Positions 37,588-46,538 of a DNA stretch of 58,660 bases are shown piece by piece. The notes under the pieces are model-generated. The model had not been told where the DNA came from, made no database searches, and saw only the letters and a list, made by a program, of their open reading frames with translations. The position numbers were made by a program, and so were the translations under genes. The DNA is from a virus (lineage: Duplodnaviria > Caudoviricetes), in the IMG/VR virus record IMGVR_UViG_3300047275_000458, positions 1-58,660 of that record; one strand, given 5' to 3'. The first letter of the stretch is position 1. Each line of letters begins with the position of its first letter.

Positions 37588-38526
37588 ATGACACAAGCAT
37601 TTAATTTATCACGTATTGCTGGTAATCTAAATACTTCGGGGCAATTAGATGCTACCGATGGTTTAAACGGTGTTCTTCCTATTGCTAACGGCGGTACAGG
37701 ATCTAGTACAGCCGCGTTTTCTGGCGCTAATATTACAGGCTTAAACGCTACTAACATTTCTAGCGGCGTATTAGCAGTAGCTAACGGCGGTACAGGATCT
37801 AGTACAGCAGCTTTCTCTGGCGCTAATATCACAGGCTTAGACGCTACTAACATTTCTGCTGGAACTTTAGCAGTAGCCCGTGGTGGCACAGGTGCGGCAA
37901 CATTAGATGCCAACAACGTAATCCTCGGTAACGGAACATCAGCGGTTCAGTTCGTAGCACCCGGTACAAACGGTAATGTGCTTACATCAAACGGAACGAC
38001 TTGGACTTCTGCCGCCGCTGGTGGGGGTGGTGGTTCTTTTGTTTACTTAGCATCTGCAACTGCGTCAGCGTCTGTTGTAGATTTTACTGGTTTAGATACA
38101 TCTACTTATTTTTCATTTTTAATTACTTTTACTGATGTAAGGGGATCTGCTTTTTCTTGTCGGTTGTATCCGGGTGGAACTTTATCAACTGCCGCCCAAT
38201 ATGCTTATGCATATGTGTATGCAGATGCTTCTGGCTCTGCTGGCTCGGGTGCTTCTGGTCAAACAGTGCTAACTCTATCCACTACAAATACAACTACGGC
38301 TAATATAGGAATAACTGGTTATCTACAGTTTTTTCCTGCTGGAGGCTATTCTTCTATTGTTTCAAACTTTACAGTCATCGGCAGCACAGGTGGATCTATT
38401 ACTAACTTCTCGACATGCGGATCCATTATGAATGCAACCGCTGCTAATGGTATTCGTTTTGGGGGCGCTAGCATGGGAAACTTAACTGGTGGAAACTTTA
38501 AACTTTATGGGCTAAAGGCTAGTTAA
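37588..38526 (+). CDS. Second tail fibre protein
   Basis: LAVANGGTG repeats, PGT.GNVLTSNGT.W.S, FKLYG C-terminus; GGAGG SD. Confidence 0.75.
   Translation: MTQAFNLSRIAGNLNTSGQLDATDGLNGVLPIANGGTGSSTAAFSGANITGLNATNISSGVLAVANGGTGSSTAAFSGANITGLDATNISAGTLAVARGGTGAATLDANNVILGNGTSAVQFVAPGTNGNVLTSNGTTWTSAAAGGGGGSFVYLASATASASVVDFTGLDTSTYFSFLITFTDVRGSAFSCRLYPGGTLSTAAQYAYAYVYADASGSAGSGASGQTVLTLSTTNTTTANIGITGYLQFFPAGGYSSIVSNFTVIGSTGGSITNFSTCGSIMNATAANGIRFGGASMGNLTGGNFKLYGLKAS
37669..37893 (+). repeat. 96-bp (32-aa) tandem repeat in the tail fibre, about 2.3 copies
   Basis: GCTAACGGCGGTACAGGATCTAGTACAGC at 37684 and 37780. Confidence 0.85.
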
Positions 38527-38528
38527 TC

Positions 38529-38810
38529 ATGGAAAAACTTTATAAAACCATAAACGGCGGTGAGATAGTAGAGTGTTCCCAAGAAGAACAAGATCAGTAC
38601 GCTATTGATTTGATTCATTACGAAACAGTAACTTTGCCAATAGAAATACGGCAACAAAGAAACGCTTTACTAACCGCCTCTGATTGGACACAGGCGGCTG
38701 ACGTTCCTCAAGCAATTAAAGACGCATGGGCTACCTATCGCCAAGCGCTACGTAATGTGCCCCAGCAAGCAGGGTTTCCTACAAACGTAACGTGGCCCCA
38801 AAAGCCATAA
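38529..38810 (+). CDS. Tail fibre assembly chaperone
   Basis: R..RN.LL..SDWTQ..D, W..YRQALR.VPQQ.GFP..V.WP.KP. Confidence 0.85.
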   Translation: MEKLYKTINGGEIVECSQEEQDQYAIDLIHYETVTLPIEIRQQRNALLTASDWTQAADVPQAIKDAWATYRQALRNVPQQAGFPTNVTWPQKP

Positions 38811-38840
38811 AAAACCCCCCGACAGTTGCCCGTCGGGGGT
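38809..38840 (-). terminator. Rho-independent terminator at the convergence point (U-tract on the - strand)
   Basis: CCCCCGAC/GTCGGGGG stem preceded by A6 on the + strand. Confidence 0.8.
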
Positions 38841-38890
38841 AAGTCACCACTTGAGGAGAATGACCATGAGCAAGAAACTGCCAGAGGTCA
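38809..38890 (-). ncRNA. Candidate anti-RBS small RNA
   Basis: Possible promoter TAGCCA, 18 nt, TATTAT (38925-38896); terminator; 14-nt complement of the AAA+ gene RBS. Confidence 0.45.
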
Positions 38891-38903
38891 TTGCAATAAT
38901 ACC

Positions 38904-41843
38904 TTAAGTATTTACTGTTTGGCTACCTTCAAGTTTAGATCCCGTATGTACTGTAAGTTTTGGCGTCTGAACACCCTGTGCCTCCAGTTTCACCATGTCT
39001 ATCTCTACACACCGATGCTGACCGGCTGAGACTTTAGTACCCCTACCCACGTTGAACTTATCCTTAATCTCCTTGGCAACTCCTGCTGCCGAGGCATAAT
39101 CCATAAGCGACTTGTAGTCCACGCGATGTTGCAAGCACCAATCTGAGATTTCCTTGCGGATTAAAAACAGTTTTCCCGAGATCGGATCGTTCTTAGTGGC
39201 GTTGGATCCCATGATGTACCGACCAGCGGGAGGCCCGCCATAGATTCTGTTACAGTCTTCAGGGCCACGACCATCTCGCCCATCTCGATACTCTGTAGTA
39301 ACCATAACCCGAGCAGACAACTCGTTTAGCATACGGTTGAACGCTTCCTCAGATGTAATGGAGTTTTGTTCCTGAACGTTACTTGCCAACTCAAAGAATA
39401 AAGTTTTGATAAATGCATACACGCCTTCGGAATCAAAAGCAGTAATCTTTAGTTCATTACAGATCTCCAGTGCTACCATAGCCGTCATGGCTTGACTGCG
39501 GTAAAAGCGATACTTCACATCAGGAATATCTTCCTGTAGACGTTTACCCCAGTGACCAAGGCGCTTCATAACGTCGTCAAGATTCTGTACCACATATTGT
39601 ACAAATGCTTCGCCAGCCACACCCTTATTGAGGGCGATTCGTTTCATGGCTACATCTACCTCAGCACCAATATTTGGTAGTGGTCTACGATCTACGTCGA
39701 CCTGAATCATACGCACAGCCTCCGCCTCGGTGTTGCTCTGACGTGAAGCTAACAGGGAATGTAGATTTGTATTAGCAGTCAGAAAGACAGTCATCTCCCA
39801 AGTCTGAGACTCGGCAAACCGCACTCCGCTACCTTTACCCGTTGTTAATCGTTGCCGTTCTTGACCCGAACTAACTGCGTAGCACAACTTGGATAGCGTC
39901 TCAGCCTCGATGTTTGTTACTTCGTCGTACAGTACTGGGATGTGGTTATGCACCCCGATGTGTGCGTACAAAGCGTTGATCGTAGCCTGCTCTGCTTTTA
40001 TGGCAATCTTGTCTGCGTCACCAAATGCGTAAAGACCTGAATAGCACGTTGTGGTTTTGCCCTTACCAGACTTACTGCTGATGATCGCAAATACAATACC
40101 TTTATAAAGAGTGTCGCAAAACGGTGTAAGGATTGAACCAAATGTCGAAGCCACGATGTACTGCATGTGCTCCATGCCGGGACGGGAATACAAAAAGTTA
40201 ATTGCGTCTGCATACACCTCTAACTTACCGTTCGGGGTTGGAAACTCTTGAATCTTATCCTCGGCGTAACTCCCAACCAAAACTTTCCGAAGTGCGCCAT
40301 CCCGATGGTATAGCCGATCACCAAGCAAGAACGACTGATACTCATTCTTCCATCCAAAGTTTGTGTATGTATTTAGTTCCTCTGCTTCTCGTTTAAGTTT
40401 CTCGAGCGAGTCACGGAGGTACGCTGTCATGTGCATAGCAGAATCCTTGTGATTCGTTGGTATTAATTCGTACTTGGCAAGAGCCTCAATGGTTTTCTGA
40501 TTTGATGCTAAAACTTGTGTATCAATATCAAAATCTCGAACGCGGTTATCAGGCAAGTGCAAACGCAAGCCAACGCTAAACTCACCATTCTCTTTACAGA
40601 TACGGTGAATGGGGTAGAACAGATTGTTGGAGAACACAAACGCATGCATGATGTCGTCTTTGTCCTTCATGTATCTGCTCATCACATTGTTTTCGTGCCC
40701 GTACCCTTTAGGTAATTCTGGAACCTGAAAGGTAATTGTCTTGCCTTCCACTGAGGCGACCACTTCAGAAACTTCCGGTTCCGGTTCTTTCCTCCCAAGC
40801 ACCAACGGCGTTTTAATTTTGCCTTTATGAGGACACTCCATACACCCCGCCGGATTGCACTTGGAGAAGAACTCACATGTTGTTGGGGGTGAGCCCCAAG
40901 TATCGAATTTCGTAGTAACGTCGTTTTGCGTGTGCCCGGTTTCCTCACGTCGTTCGCTCCATTTGTGCGCTAAGTCAATACCTTCGTCACAGTATTTAAT
41001 AATTCCAATAACACCGCGCCAATGTTCGTAACCAACGTCACCTTGCGTATCCCGCATCAGCGCAACCTGTGAGCATTTGTCTGCTACAAGATCAGCCGAG
41101 GCAGGCACATTCTGTATTTGGGGTAGATGTGCAATGAGGTCATCGTTAAGATTACTTACTGGCTTAGGCGCCTGGACATCAACTTGAAACTTAAGCTGTG
41201 CATCTTTGAGCAACTTAGCAAACTGCCGAGGATCAACAACAACCACCGACGTTTTCATACTTACGGGTTTGGTCGAATCGTATTTCTTATTAGTTGCTCC
41301 CGCAGGGCGTAGGATGGAAGCAAAGTCTGCCGTTCTTGTAGGGTCAACCCGAAAGTTTAAGTATGTGCAAAGAGCCTTTAAGACCTCTGCTAGTTTGACC
41401 CATGTATCCGAACGGATACACTTTTCTAAAGTCCAATAGCCGTGAATGCCATAGCCTGAATCTACAATCATTGGCATGGGCAAACCAGTTTCAAGGCAAA
41501 ACTTCCCTAACTCTGAGACTGCTTCTTTCTTGGTTAGATAGCCTTCACCGCTAGCAAACTTGTCTTCGCCGCAATCAATGTCTACCCAAAATGATTTGGC
41601 TTTGAGCCAATTAGCAGGCTTGCGATACTTCTTCTTACCATCAATTTCTACAAATTCTGATTGGTAGGCAGCGCACGCATGGTAAACCTGTACTGGTTTT
41701 TTATCCCAGTACGCAACAGACTTCGCCATTTCCTCAAGTGAGGTGTATGGTCTGTGTGCTACCCGCCCATCAGGATTAATGAGGGCAAGATATTTAACGC
41801 CATCCTCCGGGAGGATAGCCCGTAAAAACTCAAGGGTGTCCAT
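38904..41843 (-). CDS. Primase-helicase (primase, PriCT-2-like, Zn site, DUF927-like helicase)
   Basis: FWVDID, SG.G.H.YW, YEHW, C...C..CPH, SGKGKTT Walker A, LYDE. Confidence 0.85.
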   Translation of the reverse strand: MDTLEFLRAILPEDGVKYLALINPDGRVAHRPYTSLEEMAKSVAYWDKKPVQVYHACAAYQSEFVEIDGKKKYRKPANWLKAKSFWVDIDCGEDKFASGEGYLTKKEAVSELGKFCLETGLPMPMIVDSGYGIHGYWTLEKCIRSDTWVKLAEVLKALCTYLNFRVDPTRTADFASILRPAGATNKKYDSTKPVSMKTSVVVVDPRQFAKLLKDAQLKFQVDVQAPKPVSNLNDDLIAHLPQIQNVPASADLVADKCSQVALMRDTQGDVGYEHWRGVIGIIKYCDEGIDLAHKWSERREETGHTQNDVTTKFDTWGSPPTTCEFFSKCNPAGCMECPHKGKIKTPLVLGRKEPEPEVSEVVASVEGKTITFQVPELPKGYGHENNVMSRYMKDKDDIMHAFVFSNNLFYPIHRICKENGEFSVGLRLHLPDNRVRDFDIDTQVLASNQKTIEALAKYELIPTNHKDSAMHMTAYLRDSLEKLKREAEELNTYTNFGWKNEYQSFLLGDRLYHRDGALRKVLVGSYAEDKIQEFPTPNGKLEVYADAINFLYSRPGMEHMQYIVASTFGSILTPFCDTLYKGIVFAIISSKSGKGKTTTCYSGLYAFGDADKIAIKAEQATINALYAHIGVHNHIPVLYDEVTNIEAETLSKLCYAVSSGQERQRLTTGKGSGVRFAESQTWEMTVFLTANTNLHSLLASRQSNTEAEAVRMIQVDVDRRPLPNIGAEVDVAMKRIALNKGVAGEAFVQYVVQNLDDVMKRLGHWGKRLQEDIPDVKYRFYRSQAMTAMVALEICNELKITAFDSEGVYAFIKTLFFELASNVQEQNSITSEEAFNRMLNELSARVMVTTEYRDGRDGRGPEDCNRIYGGPPAGRYIMGSNATKNDPISGKLFLIRKEISDWCLQHRVDYKSLMDYASAAGVAKEIKDKFNVGRGTKVSAGQHRCVEIDMVKLEAQGVQTPKLTVHTGSKLEGSQTVNT

Positions 41844-41844
41844 A

Positions 41845-42096
41845 TCAGACCCCTTGAATCAAGCTTTTCTGTGTCGCTTGTGAGCCAATCTGAATTGTCT
41901 TGGCTAGATGAGTTTCTACAACCTTAACAAGTTCCTGAGTTTGGAGACTAGTTTCCGAACACTCGACAATAATCCGTCCAATAAGTTCTGCAAGACCGAG
42001 AATAACTTCGCCATGATTAAACCCCTTCCCATTTAACGCTTGGTTCGCTTCAATTATTACGCCCGCAACTTTGCGCGCTTCTATTTCGTACGCCAT
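41845..42096 (-). CDS. Hypothetical protein
   Basis: AGGAG SD; fits the operon. Confidence 0.7.
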   Translation of the reverse strand: MAYEIEARKVAGVIIEANQALNGKGFNHGEVILGLAELIGRIIVECSETSLQTQELVKVVETHLAKTIQIGSQATQKSLIQGV

Positions 42097-42114
42097 TATG
42101 ATACTCCTAAAATG

Positions 42115-42189
42115 TGGTAGCAGGGGCGGGGATCGAACCCGCGATCTTCAGAATATGAACCTGACGAGATACCACTTCTCCACCCTGCG
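42115..42189 (-). tRNA. tRNA-Met(CAT), initiator-like
   Basis: Cloverleaf: acceptor CGCAGGG/CCCTGCT with C1xU72 mismatch, loop TTCATAT, GGTTCGATCC T-arm, encoded CCA. Confidence 0.9.
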
Positions 42190-42207
42190 CCATTACTACC
42201 CCCAGTT

Positions 42208-43083
42208 TTAATCGTCGAAATTCAAATCGTCGAGGTTAAACCCGTCTACTGTTACTTCCTCAGCGGGTTTGGCAGCGGGTGCTGCTTTCTTCGCTACGGG
42301 TTTTGGAGCGGGCGCTTCTTCAACAGGTGCAGCAGTTGCAGGTACTTCAGTATGTACAGCCTCAGCAACAAACCCTGAACCGAGAATCTGTGCCACTGTA
42401 TCACCAGCTACCACATCTTGTACTTGATTGAATGTGGCTTCGTCAAGCATACCAATTGCCTTAAACGTTAACTTGGGAGTTGGAGACTCCATGTCAAAGC
42501 CAATTTTGGTAACAACTGCATTGTACGGCATATTGCGCTTGGCAAGCGTCTGACCATACTCACCAAGAGCACGAATAGACGCGGGAGGAACACGTAACAG
42601 ATATGGATCGTTAACCAAATTAGGTGTAGCAATTGCCATACGCACGGAGTCCTGACATGCTTTACCTTTGGTAGAGCCGTTGTCGCCTACTTTGCTACCC
42701 CACTGATTCCACTTACAAACTGCGCAGGATTTAGATTGAGGTGCTTCGATGCTTGCATCGGGCTTAGCGCCATCGTTGGAAAAGCAATCAGGCTTTGTAC
42801 CCTCAGAACCTTCGCTATAACCTTTAGCATAGAACACTTTTGATGTGCCCTTATTTGCCTTGAGCATTACCACGTCGATTGACGTTGCAGGGCTTTCCGG
42901 ATCTTTCGGGTTAGGTAAAACTTTACGATCACCATCGCGGACAACAGCGAACACTTTGCCCTTGATGGAAATTACTGGGAAACCACCGCTAGCGTGTGCG
43001 GTTAAGTCAGAGTTAAAGTCTAACGATGTATTTTTTAAATACGCGGGTACGTTACCCGATTCAAACGGGATGATATTTGCCAT
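42208..43083 (-). CDS. Probable single-stranded DNA-binding/annealing protein
   Basis: PDCFS.DG..P, C..C..NQWGS, KAC, LRVPPAS; acidic-aromatic tail FNLDDLNFDD. Confidence 0.65.
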   Translation of the reverse strand: MANIIPFESGNVPAYLKNTSLDFNSDLTAHASGGFPVISIKGKVFAVVRDGDRKVLPNPKDPESPATSIDVVMLKANKGTSKVFYAKGYSEGSEGTKPDCFSNDGAKPDASIEAPQSKSCAVCKWNQWGSKVGDNGSTKGKACQDSVRMAIATPNLVNDPYLLRVPPASIRALGEYGQTLAKRNMPYNAVVTKIGFDMESPTPKLTFKAIGMLDEATFNQVQDVVAGDTVAQILGSGFVAEAVHTEVPATAAPVEEAPAPKPVAKKAAPAAKPAEEVTVDGFNLDDLNFDD

Positions 43084-43110
43084 TGTTAATTCTCCTGTGG
43101 GATAGCAATA

Positions 43111-43494
43111 TTACGCCGAACGGCGGATGTTTACAACTCTTTCTTCACGCCAATTAATACCCGGCGGAAGGTCTGCGTGTGCGTCTTTATACTGCTCAAC
43201 TGCGGTCTTACTTGCACGCACTTCAAGCAAAGGCCACTCGTCTTTACTGCGAACAAACTCCATGAAAGCTTCTCGATCCGCTACACTAGCTGATGAGCGT
43301 GTAGATGTGTATGCTGTACCAAACTCTGTTTTAACAGAATCCATACCAGTTTGGTCAAAAACTTCTAGCAACTTTACTTCTATTTTTTCCATCACTTTTT
43401 CAAGTTGGGAAGCCTTCATGTCGTAGTCGGCTTTTAGTTGAGCCTTACGATCACGCGCTTCAATGTACTTTGCAACTAAATCTGATAATTTCAT
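43111..43494 (-). CDS. Conserved replication-region coiled-coil protein
   Basis: YI..RD, SVKT..GT, LPPG pattern; AGGAG SD. Confidence 0.7.
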   Translation of the reverse strand: MKLSDLVAKYIEARDRKAQLKADYDMKASQLEKVMEKIEVKLLEVFDQTGMDSVKTEFGTAYTSTRSSASVADREAFMEFVRSKDEWPLLEVRASKTAVEQYKDAHADLPPGINWREERVVNIRRSA

Positions 43495-43520
43495 TTTTTA
43501 TTCTCCTAACTGGGGTAGTG

Positions 43521-43550
43521 ATATTAGCACAAACGTGTGTATGTTGTCTA
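43521..43550 (-). promoter_or_regulatory. Promoter with an embedded candidate operator
   Basis: TAGACA, 18 nt, TAATAT with TG extension; the spacer contains ACATACACACGT, also found at 75-86. Confidence 0.55.
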
Positions 43551-45134
43551 GGGGTTTTCACCATCTTCTTTCATCATGTCTAGCAATAGCCCTTGCAACT
43601 TTTGTTTAGTCTGTAATCGTTGATAAATTCGTCTCTCAATTTCTGACCCTGCAAGATGGACAATCACTGTGGTTTTAGTCTGTCCGGGTCGACGCACTCG
43701 GGCACAAGCCTGTTCGTATATATCGTTGGAATAAATCGGGGCAAACCAAATAATATTTGTAGCCGCAGTCAGAGTCAGACCGTGCGACATAGTTCCCGGA
43801 TTAGCCACTAGAATATGCAACGAATCCTGTTTATCTTGGAAACGATGAAAGATCGTATCTCTGTTGTGCTTGGAAGTTTCACCGTGCACCGCAGCAACTT
43901 CCCATTTCTTTGATAGCCGTTCTACTACCTGCTCAAGAACTGCCGTAAGTGGTACGAATACAATTACTTTGCCCTCAGATTCTTCAATCGCTTCTTCGAG
44001 GACTTCCATACGGGGCTGGCAAGGAATGTGTAAAGTAGATCCATCAGAAGCGTAGGCAACTCCGCAGGCAATCTGTACCAACTTATTTGCTTTAACCGCC
44101 TCGTTGACGGCAAGGATCTGTCCCCCGTCGAACTCAGTAGCGAGTTTGGATACCATGTCTTTGTAGGCTTTCTTTTGCTCATCCGTCATCTCCGCATCAC
44201 GGCTAATAAATATCTGTGGGGGTAAGTCAACGCAGTCATCTAAGGCAAACCGTATCGCAGGCTGCATGACTTGCTTAACAATGTCCGCAGCGTTATCCCG
44301 TGGGGCCCACTTGTACTGACTTAGTTGTTTCATTGTCAAATCCCGGAACTTACCAAAGTACGCAGGCAAGTCGGGGTTGGTTGGCGTTACTGCACGGCAC
44401 TGCGCCCATGCATCTGTCGGTGCGTTTGGGGTTGGTGCGCCTGTCAGAGCCCACACACGGCGGGTAACTTTCTGTTTGTTCAGTATGGTGTTTAGGGTCT
44501 TCCAACGGGTTGTGCTTGAGTTTCTGAACGTGGCAATCTCATCGACAATTACTAAGTCAATGTCGTCTCGAACGGCAAGTTGTGCCTCAATAGTCTTTAG
44601 CCCGTCTGTATTAATTATATACAGATGTGCATTTTGACCGAGAAGTTTGACTCGTCTTAAGTGGGTGCCGTATAAGACTGTAGCGTCTAGATGGGGGAAA
44701 GTCTTAAATACCTCGTCAGCCCAAGTACGTTCCATCGTCGACAGGGGGCAAACTATTAACGCCTTGCGCACTAATCCCGCCTTACGCATGTAGTCATACG
44801 CATATAGACTAGATACCGTCTTACCCATACCCATCGAGTTCAAGCAAAAGCATCGACTGTTCATGGATAAAAAGTTTGCCGTTTCTATCTGCGCCGCGAA
44901 TGGCTTAAACCGCCCACTAGCCAACGGGAAATCGTAATGCGTCTTAAGTGGGTCAGGGATACCATCGTAGCCCAACGTGCGTAGCACCCGTGTTTCATCA
45001 GGGCGATGTGGTACAGCCACAAGATCAAATCCGTTGTGGCGTACTAGTTTAGCGGTTGGTATTACTGTGGTAACTCTACTTGGTTCTTTTAGTTTTAGTA
45101 TTACGGCTTTCTTGTCCTTTAGGATCGTAGCCAT
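43548..45134 (-). CDS. SNF2-family (SF2) helicase
   Basis: MGMGKT, VIVDE, LTGAP, GLTLT.A, QA..RV.RPGQ. Confidence 0.92.
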   Translation of the reverse strand: MATILKDKKAVILKLKEPSRVTTVIPTAKLVRHNGFDLVAVPHRPDETRVLRTLGYDGIPDPLKTHYDFPLASGRFKPFAAQIETANFLSMNSRCFCLNSMGMGKTVSSLYAYDYMRKAGLVRKALIVCPLSTMERTWADEVFKTFPHLDATVLYGTHLRRVKLLGQNAHLYIINTDGLKTIEAQLAVRDDIDLVIVDEIATFRNSSTTRWKTLNTILNKQKVTRRVWALTGAPTPNAPTDAWAQCRAVTPTNPDLPAYFGKFRDLTMKQLSQYKWAPRDNAADIVKQVMQPAIRFALDDCVDLPPQIFISRDAEMTDEQKKAYKDMVSKLATEFDGGQILAVNEAVKANKLVQIACGVAYASDGSTLHIPCQPRMEVLEEAIEESEGKVIVFVPLTAVLEQVVERLSKKWEVAAVHGETSKHNRDTIFHRFQDKQDSLHILVANPGTMSHGLTLTAATNIIWFAPIYSNDIYEQACARVRRPGQTKTTVIVHLAGSEIERRIYQRLQTKQKLQGLLLDMMKEDGENP

Positions 45135-45143
45135 TTATCTTCC

Positions 45144-45392
45144 TCAGGGGTTGTAGTCACTTTTTCCTTTTCTCCATCCACGGTTTACTTTCTTGCTAGT
45201 AACTTCCAAGTTTCCGGTGTTATTTCCACCACCACGCTTGATCGGGGTCTTGTGGTTAACATCTCGACCGTCTCCTTTCTGAACACGACCTTGTGTCTCA
45301 AGAGTACGTCGCGCCTTATTTCGCTGCGATCTATTCTCGACCTGCTCGGGTTTGCTATGGTATTCACGGTATTCCTTTTTGTAGTCACGCAT
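45144..45392 (-). CDS. Small HNH-like protein
   Basis: RDYKKEY, DV.H..P...GG.N...NL.V.....NR. Confidence 0.7.
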   Translation of the reverse strand: MRDYKKEYREYHSKPEQVENRSQRNKARRTLETQGRVQKGDGRDVNHKTPIKRGGGNNTGNLEVTSKKVNRGWRKGKSDYNP

Positions 45393-45585
45393 TGCGTTTC
45401 CTTTCTTTTTCCCAACGATCCCGATGGTCTACATCACACCATCTGTGGCCTGCCTCTACACTCTCACCGCATAGCAGACAAAACCCCGTCTCTTCAGCGT
45501 CGGGTTTCCTTGAGCGCACTTCCTTTAGGGCAAGTGTGTCGCTCATCTCTACTAAATCATTTGCTTGATCTGCTATATCCGCCAT
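45385..45585 (-). CDS. DksA/TraR-like C4 zinc-finger protein
   Basis: MAD.AD.A acidic tip; C..CGE ... WCD..H. Confidence 0.65.
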   Translation of the reverse strand: MADIADQANDLVEMSDTLALKEVRSRKPDAEETGFCLLCGESVEAGHRWCDVDHRDRWEKERKRNA

Positions 45586-45859
45586 CTAAAAATTCCCTTA
45601 CTTGTTCTACATCGTCAACAACTAGTGCCCAACCACGCGCTGTCCGAATGTCTTCAATACAACGCTCTTGATTAGCCGTAGTATTACCACGCTTACCGGG
45701 GGCTTTAGTCTCAATTGCTAAAAACTTTCCATCACAGCAACAGATTATGTCCGGTATTCCTACCTTACCGAATCCGTTAGCCGAAGGCATAAAGTACCAA
45801 ATTTTACGCTCTTTGAGAAGCCGTTTAACAGCATCTTTTACTTTGCCCTCGGGAGTCAT
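45557..45859 (-). CDS. VRR-NUC nuclease (Holliday junction resolvase-like)
   Basis: TPEGKVK, G.PD, FLAIETKAPG, T..Q. Confidence 0.88.
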   Translation of the reverse strand: MTPEGKVKDAVKRLLKERKIWYFMPSANGFGKVGIPDIICCCDGKFLAIETKAPGKRGNTTANQERCIEDIRTARGWALVVDDVEQVREFLDGGYSRSSK

Positions 45860-46503
45860 GCTTTCTCCTTGTAATGTACGCACGTTTTAACGGGACACCA
45901 TCCCCTACACAAACCGCTTGGCTTGGCAGGCCATGAATCACGCTCGTAAGCCGATTCTAGTTTTTTTACGCGAGGAAGTAACTCTTGCCATATCGCGGGT
46001 ACATCACTACGTAAGTACGTGGTTCTGTCGATTCTTTTTTCTTTGAGCCACACGTAAGCAGTTGATACCTGTTCGAGACTAGGATCGTGGGCGAACTCGA
46101 AGGCTGCGTACAGTGCAAGCTGTTCTGAAGGTTTGCGCTTGCCTGTTTTGTAGTCAATAACAATCCCAGTGTTGTTGTACTTAATACGCAAGTCAGCAAT
46201 ACCTCGACTCCACGCTTCCTTCCATGGAGCAGGCTTGAAGTTTCTGTCGATGGCGATTTTACCTTCTGCACTTTTCTCTCCCGGCATAGCCGCAATTTTG
46301 TCCGCAATATTCTGCCAGTGGGTCATTCCCTCGGGCAGTGGTGTGCCTTCCTTGATCCACTCCTCAAACGCTGTGTGTACGCGTTCTCCCCACTTGGTTG
46401 CCTCCGTGGGTTGACCGACATAATCCCTTACCACGTTCCCGTGGTAGAACTGCTTGGGGCAAGTCTCAAATTTATCTAAGTGTGAGTATGTCCACGCCTG
46501 CAT
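45856..46503 (-). CDS. PD-(D/E)XK Cas4-like exonuclease
   Basis: CP, G..VH..E, GIADL, DYKTGK, QL.LYA, C..CPV..C. Confidence 0.85.
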   Translation of the reverse strand: MQAWTYSHLDKFETCPKQFYHGNVVRDYVGQPTEATKWGERVHTAFEEWIKEGTPLPEGMTHWQNIADKIAAMPGEKSAEGKIAIDRNFKPAPWKEAWSRGIADLRIKYNNTGIVIDYKTGKRKPSEQLALYAAFEFAHDPSLEQVSTAYVWLKEKRIDRTTYLRSDVPAIWQELLPRVKKLESAYERDSWPAKPSGLCRGWCPVKTCVHYKEKA

Positions 46504-46538
46504 GGGTTCTCCAAGTGGTTATGCGCCAAACCGTGTTT

